Assembly: GCA_020832085.1 (NCBI GenBank)
Contig: JAFIFJ010000138.1
Location: forward strand, 9,534 to 73,533
Length of the DNA stretch: 64,000 bases
Source of the DNA: Gammaproteobacteria bacterium
Lineage (GTDB): Bacteria; Pseudomonadota; Gammaproteobacteria; Pseudomonadales; Azotimanducaceae
Reading direction: 5' to 3'
Positions 43,359-53,002 of the stretch are shown one piece after another; within the stretch, counting starts at the first letter, position 1; each line of letters begins with the position of its first letter. The notes under the pieces were generated by a model. That model made no database searches, was not told the origin of the DNA, and saw only the letters and a list, made by a program, of their open reading frames with translations. The translations under genes and the position numbers were made by a program.

Positions 43359-44612
43359 TCAGCGTCCGCGCTGTGCCACCACCCGGAGATTCGACCGCGC
43401 TTCGCGATAGTCCTGGTCCACCGCCGCATGGAGCTGGTCGAAGACGTCGGGCAGGGCGCTGCGCACGCGGTTCCAGCTGGGGATGAAGGGCGTTTCCTGG
43501 GGTTTGTCGAGGAAGATCTCGCCGGCGGTGAGGATGTTGGCGGCGAACAGTTCCACCGCACGCTCCTCGCTGTCGCGATCGAGGCTGAGGCCGTTGATCA
43601 GGGCGTCGTTGTAATAGCTCTGCACGAAGTCCAGCGCCATGCGGTAATAGGTGGCCTTGATGGTGCGGATGGTGCCCATGGAGAACACCTCGCCGGTGGT
43701 GGCCAGTTTCCGGAACACGGCCTTGACGATGTCCGTGCTCATGCGCGCCAGGCCGGTTTCCGGATTGTCTTCCGACAGCGGCTGATGCTTGTGGTCGTAA
43801 TTGTCCGCCACGTCCACCTGACACACCCGCTGGCTGCCATAGTTGCGGTAGACCTCGGACAGCACGCCGATTTCGAGACCCCAGTCGCTGGGAATGCGCA
43901 GGTCCCGCAGCACGTCCACCTGCATCGAGAACTCCCCCGCCAGCGGATAGCGGAAGCTGTCCAGGTAGTCCAGGAAGGGGTTGTGGCCCAGGACCTGTTT
44001 CAGAGCCCGGTTCAGCGGTGTCACCAGCAGGCGGCAGACGCGGCCGTTGAGCTTGCCCTGGGCCACCCGGGAGTAGTAACCCTTGCAGAAGGCGTAGTTG
44101 AAAAGGGGGTTCACCACCGGATAGATGAGGCGGGCCAGCATGCTGCGGTCGTAGGTGAGGATATCGCAGTCGTGAAGTGCCACCGCCTGGGCCACGCCTG
44201 AAGCCTGGATGTATCCGAGGCAGTACCAGACGTTGCGGCCCTTGCCGAGCTCCATGGGTGCCAGCCCCCGCTCGGCGAGCATGGCATCGATGGCGCCCAG
44301 GCGGTGGCCGTCGTTCCAGAGAATTCGGTGGTGCTGGGGCAGGCGCTCGAAGTACTTCACTGCGTAGCGATACTGCTCTGCGTCGGCGCGGTCGAGGCCA
44401 ATGACGATCTGGCTGAGGTAGGGCACCTTGGCCAGTTCGTCGATGATGGCGCCGAGGGCTGGACCTTCCAGCTCGGAAAACAGGCTGGGCAGCACCAGGG
44501 CCATGGGGCGGTGGCGGGCGAACTGCACCAGTTCGGCTTCGAGCTCTTCGACGGGGCGGTTGGCGAGGTTGTGCAGGGTGGTGATGATGCCGTTCTGAAA
44601 GAAGTCGCTCAT
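43359..44612 (-). CDS. gpgS: Glucosyl-3-phosphoglycerate synthase-like glycosyltransferase
   Basis: MSDFFQNGIITTLHNL...ALHDCDILTYD... matches my recollection of the GpgS family (xFHQNGxITTLH N-terminus, DxD). Coupled to a HAD phosphatase by a 4-nt overlap. Confidence 0.65.
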   Translation of the reverse strand: MSDFFQNGIITTLHNLANRPVEELEAELVQFARHRPMALVLPSLFSELEGPALGAIIDELAKVPYLSQIVIGLDRADAEQYRYAVKYFERLPQHHRILWNDGHRLGAIDAMLAERGLAPMELGKGRNVWYCLGYIQASGVAQAVALHDCDILTYDRSMLARLIYPVVNPLFNYAFCKGYYSRVAQGKLNGRVCRLLVTPLNRALKQVLGHNPFLDYLDSFRYPLAGEFSMQVDVLRDLRIPSDWGLEIGVLSEVYRNYGSQRVCQVDVADNYDHKHQPLSEDNPETGLARMSTDIVKAVFRKLATTGEVFSMGTIRTIKATYYRMALDFVQSYYNDALINGLSLDRDSEERAVELFAANILTAGEIFLDKPQETPFIPSWNRVRSALPDVFDQLHAAVDQDYREARSNLRVVAQRGR

Positions 44613-45475
44613 GGGTTGTCCTCGTCCTCGAGCAGCGCCCCGATGCAGCGCTGCCAGCCCGCCGGTCCCGGCTCCGGGCTCTTGATCACGCCCTCACGGC
44701 GCTTCAGCGGCATCCAGCTCGAGTCGGGTCTGCGGATGACCACGGCCACGTCTGCCAGCTGCAGCATGTCGGCGTCGTTGGGACTGTCACCGGCCGCAAT
44801 GACCCGGTAGCGGATGTCGGGATGGGCGGCGGTGAAACGGCCCACCAGTTCGCGCATGGCTTCGCCCTTGTCCACCTTGGGCATGATGTGCAGAAAGCGG
44901 CCACCGCTCACCGCGCGCAGGCCGGCCCGGTTGAGTTCGGCAATGAAGTCACGGCGAATGGCTTCCGAACCTTCCCAGATGCCGGGCTCGGAACCCTGGC
45001 GCTGCCGTGCGCGCTGGGCGGCCATCTCGTCGAGGCCGGTGTGGGCGGCGACCTCCTTCGCGCTCATGTCGCCAAAGCCCCGGAACGGGAAACCGTGCCG
45101 GCTGCGCAGCCGCTCGAGCGTGCTGCGGATCTCGCTGTAGGCGGGGCCGAAGTGCTCCACCTGCAGCGGCGTGCCGGACGTGACGCCCGCCGCGTTGCGA
45201 AAGTAGCCCTCGGGCAGGGCGACGCCGGCGCCGTTCTCGAAAATGATGGGATGAATCAGATCCATGGCCCGACGCAGGAGGACCATCTCCGCAAACGTCT
45301 TGCTCGAAGTGAGAATGAGCGGAATGCCGCGTTCCCGGATGGTGGCCAGCGCGCTGCTGGCAGCGTCGAAGCGGTAGCCCTCGTCGAGCAGGGTGCCGTC
45401 GAGGTCGGTGAAGATCAGGGTCGCGGTCTTCATGGCGGCGAAGCGTCGTGCGATAGCCATCGTTGCTTGGTCCAC
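44609..45475 (-). CDS. gpgP: HAD-IIB glucosyl/mannosyl-3-phosphoglycerate phosphatase family
   Basis: TLIFTDLDGTLLDE (DxD), LILTSSKT, AAGDSPNDADML. GTG start at 45475, or ATG at 45460 or 45433. Confidence 0.7.
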   Translation of the reverse strand: MDQATMAIARRFAAMKTATLIFTDLDGTLLDEGYRFDAASSALATIRERGIPLILTSSKTFAEMVLLRRAMDLIHPIIFENGAGVALPEGYFRNAAGVTSGTPLQVEHFGPAYSEIRSTLERLRSRHGFPFRGFGDMSAKEVAAHTGLDEMAAQRARQRQGSEPGIWEGSEAIRRDFIAELNRAGLRAVSGGRFLHIMPKVDKGEAMRELVGRFTAAHPDIRYRVIAAGDSPNDADMLQLADVAVVIRRPDSSWMPLKRREGVIKSPEPGPAGWQRCIGALLEDEDNP

Positions 45476-45504
45476 CGTGCCCGCAGAGGCGTCTCCCGGT
45501 GCTT

Positions 45505-45520
45505 AGCAGATCCCGTGCCA
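45505..45520 (-). promoter_or_regulatory. Candidate sigma54 promoter for gpgP-gpgS
   Basis: Minus strand TGGCACGGGATCTGCT: -24 matches the extended TGGCACG consensus, -12 is CTGCT, spacing correct. It lies 30 nt upstream of the GTG 45475 start. Confidence 0.55.
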
Positions 45521-45643
45521 GAGGCTACAGAGGGTGGGGCAGGCGGATGGCGGGTCCACAGGGCTGCGCTGGGGCACCGTGGGGCGAGCCGGCGCCTTGA
45601 ATCGGTGCGCTTTGGCGGCTCTGCGCCAGGTTGGTGCATGGCC

Positions 45644-46582
45644 TCAGGCTGCAGCGGCACGATTCATGGCGGCCACGGCCGGCAGCACCTCCTCGATGAG
45701 CTGCCGGGTCTGGGCGATCATGTCTTCGGTGTCCGCAGCCATGGGCCGCAGGATGAACTTGTGGGCCCCTGCGGCGTGATAGGCACGGATGCGCTCGATG
45801 ATGACCTCACTGTCGCCGATGGCCACGTAGGGCATGGGATCCTTGCCGAGGCGCTTTTCCAAGGCCTTCCGGTAGCGCCGGGACACGGCATCGTCGGCGC
45901 CGCCGAAGCGAAAACCGAAGCCGGCCCCGAAGTGGTCCTCGTCGATCCGGCGGCCGAGTTCGGCAGCGCGGGCCTTGATGGCGCGGATGACGGGCTCCAC
46001 CTGTTCGGGGGTATCGATGCCGGCCTGCCAGCCGGTGCTCCAGCGGGCACTGCGCTCCACCGCCGCATCCGCCGATCCCCCCGTCCACAGCGGCATGGGG
46101 TCCTGCAGGGGGCGGGGTGAGATGGAGGCGCCCCGGTACTGATAGTGGCGGCCCTCGAAATCCACGCTCTCCTCTCGCCACAGACGCGAGATCAACTCGA
46201 GGCCCTCGTCCGTGCGCTGGCCGCGGCCGCGGGTGGGGACACCCCGCGCGCCGTAGTCACTGCCGAGCGCGCTGCCGACGCCGAAGGCTGGCAGCAGCCT
46301 GCCATTCGAGAGCACGTCGATGGTGGCGCACTGCTTGGCCAGCAGGAAGGGATCCCGCAGGCCCAGGGAGGCCACGTTCATGCCGAACTTCATGCGGCGG
46401 GTGGCGCCTGCCAGCGCTGCCATGACGCTCATGCACTCCAGGTTTGGCTCGTTGCCTACCAGACGGTCCGACTGCCAGATGGAGTCGATGCCGCCGGCCT
46501 CGCATAGATCGACCCAGCGCCAGAAGCCTGCGCCGTCCGCGAACGGGAAGTTGCCGATGCCGATACCCGCGCTGATGGTCAT
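45644..46582 (-). CDS. LLM-class (luciferase-like) flavin/F420-dependent oxidoreductase
   Basis: MTISAGIGIGNFPF...SIWQSDRLVG...FGMNVASLGLRDP... has TIM-barrel LLM features. Start at the internal Met of ORF 45644..46702. Confidence 0.7.
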   Translation of the reverse strand: MTISAGIGIGNFPFADGAGFWRWVDLCEAGGIDSIWQSDRLVGNEPNLECMSVMAALAGATRRMKFGMNVASLGLRDPFLLAKQCATIDVLSNGRLLPAFGVGSALGSDYGARGVPTRGRGQRTDEGLELISRLWREESVDFEGRHYQYRGASISPRPLQDPMPLWTGGSADAAVERSARWSTGWQAGIDTPEQVEPVIRAIKARAAELGRRIDEDHFGAGFGFRFGGADDAVSRRYRKALEKRLGKDPMPYVAIGDSEVIIERIRAYHAAGAHKFILRPMAADTEDMIAQTRQLIEEVLPAVAAMNRAAAA

Positions 46583-46759
46583 GTCTGCTCCTGGGGGACG
46601 TTGCCGCAAATTGGATCCTGAATCGAAGCATGGCCGGCATCGGGTGGCAACCGGAGCCGTTGCCCGGGCTGCTGACGCGGCGTTCGCCCATGCTTGCGTC
46701 ACCGCCCCAGTGACCTAGAATGCGCGCCCGCCGTTCTCCTGTTGCCACGAGGATGTTTC

Positions 46760-47101
46760 ATGCGCGAGCTGCTTGCCGCGAAGATTCACAACGCCACGGT
46801 CACCGAGGCCAATCTGGCCTATGTGGGCAGCATCACCATCGATGCCACGCTGCTCGATGCGGTGGATCTGTGGCCCGGACAGAAGGTGCTCGTGGTCAGC
46901 AATACCTCCGGAGCGAGGCTCGAAACCTACGTCATCCGTGGCGAAGCCGACTCCGGCGTCATCTGCATGAACGGTGCCTGTGCGCATTTGATCGAAGCCG
47001 GTGAGCAGGTGATCATCATGGGTTTCCGCTTCAGTGAGACGCCCATCGAAGCACAGATCGTGCTGGCGGATGCCAACAATCGCATTGACCGTCGACTCTG
47101 A
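46760..47101 (+). CDS. panD: Aspartate 1-decarboxylase
   Basis: MRELLAAKIHNATVTEANLAYVGSITID with the self-processing G-S site; 113 aa. Confidence 0.9.
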   Translation: MRELLAAKIHNATVTEANLAYVGSITIDATLLDAVDLWPGQKVLVVSNTSGARLETYVIRGEADSGVICMNGACAHLIEAGEQVIIMGFRFSETPIEAQIVLADANNRIDRRL

Positions 47102-47156
47102 GCTGTCGATGATCTGACCCTGCCGGCCTGCCTAAAGTCACGGGTTGCAGGACGCG

Positions 47157-47579
47157 ATGGAGAAGACGGTGGAAGAAGGCGAACTCAAGCGTGCCGGGCT
47201 GAAGGTCACGGTACCGCGACTGAAAATCCTCGAGATCCTCGAGGCCTCCGAGCCACGACACATGTCCGCAGAGGACGTCTATCGCAAGCTCATGGAGGCT
47301 GAAGAGAGCATCGGTCTGGCGACGGTCTACCGCGTGCTCACCCAGTTCGAGTCCGCCGGGCTGGTGGAACGCCACAATTTCGACGATGGCCACGCGGTCT
47401 ACGAGATGGCTTCGGATGATCATCACGATCACATGGTCGATGTGGACACGGGCAAGGTGGTGGAGTTCTACGACGAGCGCATCGAGGCGCTGCAGCGCAG
47501 TATTGTCGAGAAGCACGGCTTCGAGCTGGTGGACCACAACATGGTGCTGTTCGTCCGCCAGCCCTCCAGGAAGAAGTAG
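47157..47579 (+). CDS. fur: Ferric uptake regulator
   Basis: LKRAGLKVTVPRLKILEIL...HMSAEDVYRKL...ATVYRVLTQFESAGLV...HHDHMVD. Alternative TTG start at 47145. Confidence 0.9.
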   Translation: MEKTVEEGELKRAGLKVTVPRLKILEILEASEPRHMSAEDVYRKLMEAEESIGLATVYRVLTQFESAGLVERHNFDDGHAVYEMASDDHHDHMVDVDTGKVVEFYDERIEALQRSIVEKHGFELVDHNMVLFVRQPSRKK

Positions 47580-47591
47580 AGAGCAGCCAAC

Positions 47592-48635
47592 ATGAATCCC
47601 ATGCGCACATCGATTGCCATCGGCGGTGCGGATTCCGGCCGCAGGCGCGGTTTCGAGGATGTGGTCAGCTTCGTGCAGGAGGCTGAGAGACTCGGCGTGG
47701 GGGACGTCTGGTCGGCGGAAGCCTGGGGCCAGGATGCCATTGCCCCGCTGGCCTGGGTCGGAGCGCGGACCGAAAAGATCCGGCTGGGCACCGGCATCAT
47801 GCAGATCTCGGCCCGGGTCCCTGCCATGACGGCCATGACGGCGTTGACCATGGCTTCCCTTTCCGGCGATCGCTTCCTGCTCGGGCTCGGCGCCAGCGGC
47901 CCGCAGGTGGTGGAGGGGCTGCACGGCCGCCCCTTCCGGGCACCGCTTGCGCGCCTGCGCGAGACCATCGAGATCGTCCGCCTGGCTTTTGCCGGCGAGA
48001 AGATCGCCTACGAAGGCCGCCATCATCAGCTGCCCCTGCCGGGGGGCGAGGGTAAGCCGCTGCGATTGTCGCAGCCGGCTAATCCCGACATTCCCATCTA
48101 TCTGGCCACACTGGCGCCCAAAGCGCTGGAACTGACCGGTGCGCTGGCCGACGGCTGGCTCGGCACGTCGTTCACCCCGGAAGGTGCCGAGGCGCATCTC
48201 GGCCCCCTGCGCAAGGGAGCCGAGGCGGCGGGGCGGCGGCTCGAAGACCTGGATCTGCAGGCGGGTGGGGTGATCGGCTTCGGTGATCCGGAACAGCTGG
48301 CGGAGCCCCTGAAGCGGCAGCTGGCCTTCACCCTCGGCGCCATGGGTTCCGCGAAGACCAACTTCTACAACGATGCCTACCGCCGTGGCGGCTGGGCGGA
48401 GGACGCCGAAGCGGTGCAGGCCCTGTGGGTGGCCGGCAAGCGCGAGGAAGCCGTCGCCCGGGTGCCCACGGAGATGGTGCTGCAGGCCAACCTGCTCGGC
48501 GACGAAGCCATGGTCCGTTCGCGCATCGACGCCTACCGGCAGGTGGGCATCACCACGCTGCGGCTGTCGCCTTTGGGTGCGGATGCCAACGCACGGCTGG
48601 ATACCTTGGGCCGCGCCCTGGACCTCATGGCTTGA
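47592..48635 (+). CDS. LLM-class flavin/F420-dependent oxidoreductase (second paralog)
   Basis: 347 aa. LGVGDVWSAEAWGQDAI...RLGTGIMQISARVPAMTAM...FLLGLGASGPQVVEG are typical LLM motifs. Confidence 0.7.
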   Translation: MNPMRTSIAIGGADSGRRRGFEDVVSFVQEAERLGVGDVWSAEAWGQDAIAPLAWVGARTEKIRLGTGIMQISARVPAMTAMTALTMASLSGDRFLLGLGASGPQVVEGLHGRPFRAPLARLRETIEIVRLAFAGEKIAYEGRHHQLPLPGGEGKPLRLSQPANPDIPIYLATLAPKALELTGALADGWLGTSFTPEGAEAHLGPLRKGAEAAGRRLEDLDLQAGGVIGFGDPEQLAEPLKRQLAFTLGAMGSAKTNFYNDAYRRGGWAEDAEAVQALWVAGKREEAVARVPTEMVLQANLLGDEAMVRSRIDAYRQVGITTLRLSPLGADANARLDTLGRALDLMA

Positions 48636-48700
48636 GCCTTCCCACAGTAGCGTCGCGCTTGCTGCTGGCGTATCGCGCGTCTCGCTGCTCTCCGGCCTGC

Positions 48701-49486
48701 CTACTGCTTCCTGCCCCGCTCCTGAATGGCCTTGCGGCGTTCGGCGACGGCTTGCGGCGTGACCTGGGTCTGCATGTGCTCGCGGCTGGCGGCGTGTTCG
48801 ATGGCCATGCCTTCGCCGAGGGTCGAACTCCAGCCTTCGTTCATGATCCGCAGCACGGTTTCCCGGGTCGTTCTTTCCGTCGTGAGGATGTCGCGGGCGA
48901 TCTGCCGGGCGTTGTCCAGCAGCGCCTCCGGCGCCACCACCCGGTTCACCATGCCCCATTCGCAGGCCTGCTCGGCGCTGAGGAAATTGCCGGTCAGGGA
49001 CAGTTCCTTGGCCCGGGGCAGGCCGATCAGGCGCGGCAGGCGCTGGGACAGGCCCCAGCCGGGAACGATGCCGACCCGGGCATGGGTGTCGGCGAAGCGT
49101 GCCGCTGACGAGCAGATCAGGATGTCGCACATCAGGGCCAGTTCAAAGCCGCCGGTGATGGCGAACCCGTTGATGGCGGCGATGACGGGCTTGGGGTAGC
49201 CCTGCAGCACGGCGCCGAGATCGGTGTCGGCAGCGCTGCCGCCGGCGGGCGTGCCGTCCGCGGTTTCGCCGCCGAGTTCCTTCAGGTCCAGGCCGGCGGT
49301 GAAGGCGCGGCCGGCGCCGGTGAGAATGATGACCTCGGTGTCGGCGTCCTCGGCCAGCTCCCGGAAGGTGCGTACCAGGGCCTGACGCAGACCGGTGGAC
49401 AGGGCATTGAGGGCATCCGGGCGGTTCATGGTGACGGTGGTGATGCCGCCGTCCCGCTCCAGCAGGACCAGGGGTGGGTTCGTCAT
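48701..49486 (-). CDS. Enoyl-CoA hydratase/isomerase family protein
   Basis: VLLERDGGITTVTMNRPDALNAL...ILTGAGRAFTAGLDLKE...AAINGFAITGGFELAL is the crotonase signature. Confidence 0.8.
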   Translation of the reverse strand: MTNPPLVLLERDGGITTVTMNRPDALNALSTGLRQALVRTFRELAEDADTEVIILTGAGRAFTAGLDLKELGGETADGTPAGGSAADTDLGAVLQGYPKPVIAAINGFAITGGFELALMCDILICSSAARFADTHARVGIVPGWGLSQRLPRLIGLPRAKELSLTGNFLSAEQACEWGMVNRVVAPEALLDNARQIARDILTTERTTRETVLRIMNEGWSSTLGEGMAIEHAASREHMQTQVTPQAVAERRKAIQERGRKQ

Positions 49487-50415
49487 GCCAGGCCTCCACG
49501 AATGCGGTCGGCGGTCAGCGGCCGCGCTGCCTCCACGCCCTTGATGAAGCGGTGAATGCGGGACACCAGCGTCGGCAGCAGACTGGCCGGCAGATCGTGG
49601 CCCATGTTCGGGATCACTTCGATCTCCGCACCGGCAATGGCCTTGGCGATGTCTTCACCGGCGGCCAGGGGCACCAGCGGATCGGCATCACCGTGGATGA
49701 CCAGCGTAGGCGTTCGAACCTGGGCCAGCCGGTCGACGCGATTGCCATCGGAGAGAATGGCTGCGAACTGCCGCGCGAAGCCCGCCGGATGGACCATGCG
49801 GTCGATGGCGGCAGCGGCCAGTTGACCCATGCCCTCGCTGCTGGAGCGGTAGTGGGGCCCGCCGATGACGTCCCACATGGCGTGCTGGTGGGCGATCAGA
49901 CTGTCCCGATCCACCGCCGGCGGTGGCGTCACCAGGACGGCGGCCGCCTCCGGCGCCGGGGGCGGCAGGGCCGGGTTGCCGGTGGACGACATCACGGGAA
50001 TCAGGCTGCGCAGGCGGCCTGCATGGCTGATGGCCAGATGCTGGGCGATCATCCCGCCCATGGAGACGCCGAGGACGTGGGCATCCTCGATGCCGAGGTG
50101 ATCGAGCAGGGCGCGGGCATCGTTGGCCATGTCTGCCAGCCCATAGGGTGCCTGAGGCTGCTGTCCGGACATCATGGCTGCCATCAGCGCGCCGGCATCC
50201 ACCTCGCCTGAGGCATCGAGCTTTTCGCTCAAGCCCACGTCGCGATTGTCCATGCAGATCACGCGCATGCCCCGTTCCACGAAGCCGTCGATGAAGGCCT
50301 GTGGCCACTGCGCGAGCTGACAGCCGATGCCGTGCAGCAGCAGCAGCGGCGGGTCGGCGCGGGCGCCGAACTGGTCGAAGCACAGAGTGATCCCGTTTCC
50401 CTGAAAGATCGGCAT
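49483..50415 (-). CDS. Alpha/beta hydrolase
   Basis: LLLLHGIG, nucleophile elbow GVSMGG, and a C-terminal ...NMGHDLP histidine. 4-nt overlap with the hydratase gene. Confidence 0.75.
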   Translation of the reverse strand: MPIFQGNGITLCFDQFGARADPPLLLLHGIGCQLAQWPQAFIDGFVERGMRVICMDNRDVGLSEKLDASGEVDAGALMAAMMSGQQPQAPYGLADMANDARALLDHLGIEDAHVLGVSMGGMIAQHLAISHAGRLRSLIPVMSSTGNPALPPPAPEAAAVLVTPPPAVDRDSLIAHQHAMWDVIGGPHYRSSSEGMGQLAAAAIDRMVHPAGFARQFAAILSDGNRVDRLAQVRTPTLVIHGDADPLVPLAAGEDIAKAIAGAEIEVIPNMGHDLPASLLPTLVSRIHRFIKGVEAARPLTADRIRGGLA

Positions 50416-50559
50416 TGCGTGTTCCCTGGTTGCGCGCGCATCCCCTGAGGCGCTCGGCGGCCATCGTTTATACCGACTCGGTTACGCTGCGATCAAGGTG
50501 ATCCGCATGCGGTGCTCCGCATCCGCCTTCACGAAGACGTTCAGCCCGCGGCCTGCGCT

Positions 50560-51570
50560 TCAAGCTTCGAGCAGGCTGCGCGCAAGGTCGACCGCGGTCG
50601 TCTCCGGCAGGGTGCCCGTGGAGCGGGCGCGCTCCAGGATGTCGGCCACCGTGGCGCCGATGCGGTCCACGCGCTGGCCGATGGCCGTGGCGCTCTCACC
50701 CTGCCAAGCCAGCGCGGCGTGGATCACGCCGCCACTGTTGATGACGAAGTCGGGCACGTAGAGGATGCCGCGGGCTGCGAGGCGCTCGGCCATGTCCGGA
50801 TGGGCGAGCTGGTTGTTGGCCGCGCCGGCAATGATGCGGCAGTCCAGGGTCGGCAGCACGCTGTCATCGAGCACGCCCCCGAAGGCGCAGGGCGCAAGCA
50901 GGTCGCAGGGTGTGGCCAGCACCTCTGCGGGGTGGACGGCCCGGGCCCCGGTGGCGTCAGCGACGGCCTTGGCCTGCCGCGAATCCACGTCCGCCACGGT
51001 CAGCCGCGCGCCCTCGGCGGCCAGATGTTCGGCCAGCGCTGCGCCGACGTGGCCGACGCCCTGAATCGCCACGTGAACGCCGGCGAGATCCCGTTGCAGT
51101 TCACAGGCCACGGCAGCTCGGATGCCGTGGGCGAGGCCGCGGGCCGTGAACGGTGAGGGGTCGCCTTCCTGTCCGCTCGAGCCGGAGACGAAGCGGGTGC
51201 GGGTGGCGATGGCATCCATGTCGGCGGTTTCCGTGCCCGAATCCATGGCCGTCACGTAGCGGCCCTGAAGGCTGTCGATGGCCTGCCCGAATGCGGCGAA
51301 CAGCGCAGCACGATGGAAGGCGCCCTCTGGTCGGCGGATGACGGCCTTGCCGCCACCGAAGGGAATGCCCGCAAGGGCGTTCTTCAGGGTCATGCCGGCG
51401 GCCAGCAGGCAGGCATCCTCCCGGGCTGCGGTCAGGTCGCCATAGGCGCGGAAACGGCAGCCACCAAAGGCTGGCCCCAGGGTCAGATTGTCCAGGGCCA
51501 CTATGGCTTCGAGACCGGTGGCGGGATCGCTGAAGTGGTGCAGTTCGAGTGGTTCGGGTACGGCGCCCAT
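50560..51570 (-). CDS. Leu/Val/Phe dehydrogenase (Glu/Leu/Phe/Val dehydrogenase family)
   Basis: LGPAFGGCRF, IPFGGGKAVI (catalytic Lys), and a GVGHVG Rossmann motif. Confidence 0.8.
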   Translation of the reverse strand: MGAVPEPLELHHFSDPATGLEAIVALDNLTLGPAFGGCRFRAYGDLTAAREDACLLAAGMTLKNALAGIPFGGGKAVIRRPEGAFHRAALFAAFGQAIDSLQGRYVTAMDSGTETADMDAIATRTRFVSGSSGQEGDPSPFTARGLAHGIRAAVACELQRDLAGVHVAIQGVGHVGAALAEHLAAEGARLTVADVDSRQAKAVADATGARAVHPAEVLATPCDLLAPCAFGGVLDDSVLPTLDCRIIAGAANNQLAHPDMAERLAARGILYVPDFVINSGGVIHAALAWQGESATAIGQRVDRIGATVADILERARSTGTLPETTAVDLARSLLEA

Positions 51571-51694
51571 GGTCGTGCTCCGTTCCGTCGGCAGGCGGTT
51601 TCCTGCCCATCATGGCCTGATCCTGATTGTCGCACGTCAGCGAGAGGCAGGTTGCGCGCGACACTCAGGCAGACCTCGGCTATCCTGCCGCGCC

Positions 51695-52924
51695 ATGTCT
51701 GCCGAGACCCCATCCCACCCCCGCCGTCTGATCGCGCTGCTCGCCGCGGCCACGGCCACCGGGCCGCTGGCCATGCAGATCTTCCTGCCTGCGCTGCCGG
51801 CCGTTCAGGCTGATTTCGCGATCAGTGCCGGTGTGGTGCAGCTCACTCTCAGCCTGTCCCTGCTGTCCATCGCCCTGGCTACCCTGGCCTACGGTCCGCT
51901 GTCGGACCGCTACGGCCGCCGGCCCATGCTGCTGATCGGCCTTGGCCTGTTCCTGGCGGGCACCCTGATCTGTGTGCTGGCCCAGGGCATCGAGGTGCTG
52001 ATCTTCGGCCGCATCGTCCAGGCCGCCGGTGGCGCGGCGGGGATGGTGCTGGCCCGGGCCGTGGTGCGGGACCTCTGGGGCCACGATGAGGCGGCGGGGG
52101 TCATCGCCCGGCTGACCATGGTCATGGTGGTGGCACCCATGGTGGCGCCGGCCATCGGCGGTTTGCTCACGGACCTCTTCGCCTGGCGGGCGGTGTTCTG
52201 GTTTTCGGCCTTTGCCGGTGTGCTGATCGCGTTCTGGGCTGCCCTGCAGCTGCCGGAGTCCCACGCCGGCCGTGGTCGTGCAGAGGGTGTCGGCAGCATG
52301 CTGCGGGGCTTCGGTCATCTGCTCAGTTCCGGACGCTTCTGTGGTTACGTGGCCCACACCGCGTTCTCCTCCATGATCTTTTTCGCCTTCATCAGTGGCG
52401 CGCCCTATCTGATGGTCAACGTCCTGCAGCGTCCAGCAACGGAGTACGGGCTGTGGTTCATGGCCGCGTCGGTTGGGTTCATGGCGGGCAATTTCATCGC
52501 CATTCGCACCTCCGGACGCTGGTCCCTGCAGGGGCTGATGCTCACGGGCAGCATCCTGTCGGTGCTGGGCGTTGCCATTTCCGCTGCCCTGGTCCTGGCC
52601 GGACACCTGAGTCCCATGGGACTGTTTTTGCCCATCAGTCTGACCATGGTGGGCAATGGTCTGGCCATGCCCAATGCCCAGGCCGGGGCGCTCAACGTCT
52701 TTCCTCATCGTGCCGGGACCGCCAGTGGTTTCAGTGGTTTTGCCCAGATGGCGGTCTCGGCCTGTGCCATTCAGGCCGTGGGCCAGCTGCACAATGACAC
52801 GGCCTGGCCCATGCTGAGCTTCATGGGGCTCGGTGCGGTGGGGGCGCTGCTCGCCATCATGGCGGTGAGCCGGCTCGAAGCCCGGCGGGCGGTCAAGCCG
52901 GCTGCCACGGGAAGCGCCGGCTGA
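51695..52924 (+). CDS. Bcr/CflA-family MFS drug efflux transporter
   Basis: 12-TM protein. LAMQIFLPALPAVQADF... and GPLSDRYGRRPMLL (MFS motif A). Start at the internal Met of ORF 51488..52924. Confidence 0.8.
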   Translation: MSAETPSHPRRLIALLAAATATGPLAMQIFLPALPAVQADFAISAGVVQLTLSLSLLSIALATLAYGPLSDRYGRRPMLLIGLGLFLAGTLICVLAQGIEVLIFGRIVQAAGGAAGMVLARAVVRDLWGHDEAAGVIARLTMVMVVAPMVAPAIGGLLTDLFAWRAVFWFSAFAGVLIAFWAALQLPESHAGRGRAEGVGSMLRGFGHLLSSGRFCGYVAHTAFSSMIFFAFISGAPYLMVNVLQRPATEYGLWFMAASVGFMAGNFIAIRTSGRWSLQGLMLTGSILSVLGVAISAALVLAGHLSPMGLFLPISLTMVGNGLAMPNAQAGALNVFPHRAGTASGFSGFAQMAVSACAIQAVGQLHNDTAWPMLSFMGLGAVGALLAIMAVSRLEARRAVKPAATGSAG

Positions 52925-53002
52925 CGCCGACGTCACGCCGGGCGGCTTGCGGGTTCCTGCGCCCCGTGCTGTGATCCAGCCCCGGGTCTGCAGTGCAAGG
53001 AA

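Noticed and set aside
46645-46664. TGGCAA...TTGCC in the LLM/panD divergent gap, considered as a sigma54 promoter.
   Set aside because: GG and GC are separated by 14 nt instead of 10. The spacing is wrong for sigma54.
47031-49130. 699-aa ORF antisense to fur, the LLM oxidoreductase and part of the hydratase gene.
   Set aside because: It overlaps three well-supported genes on both strands, with no motifs.
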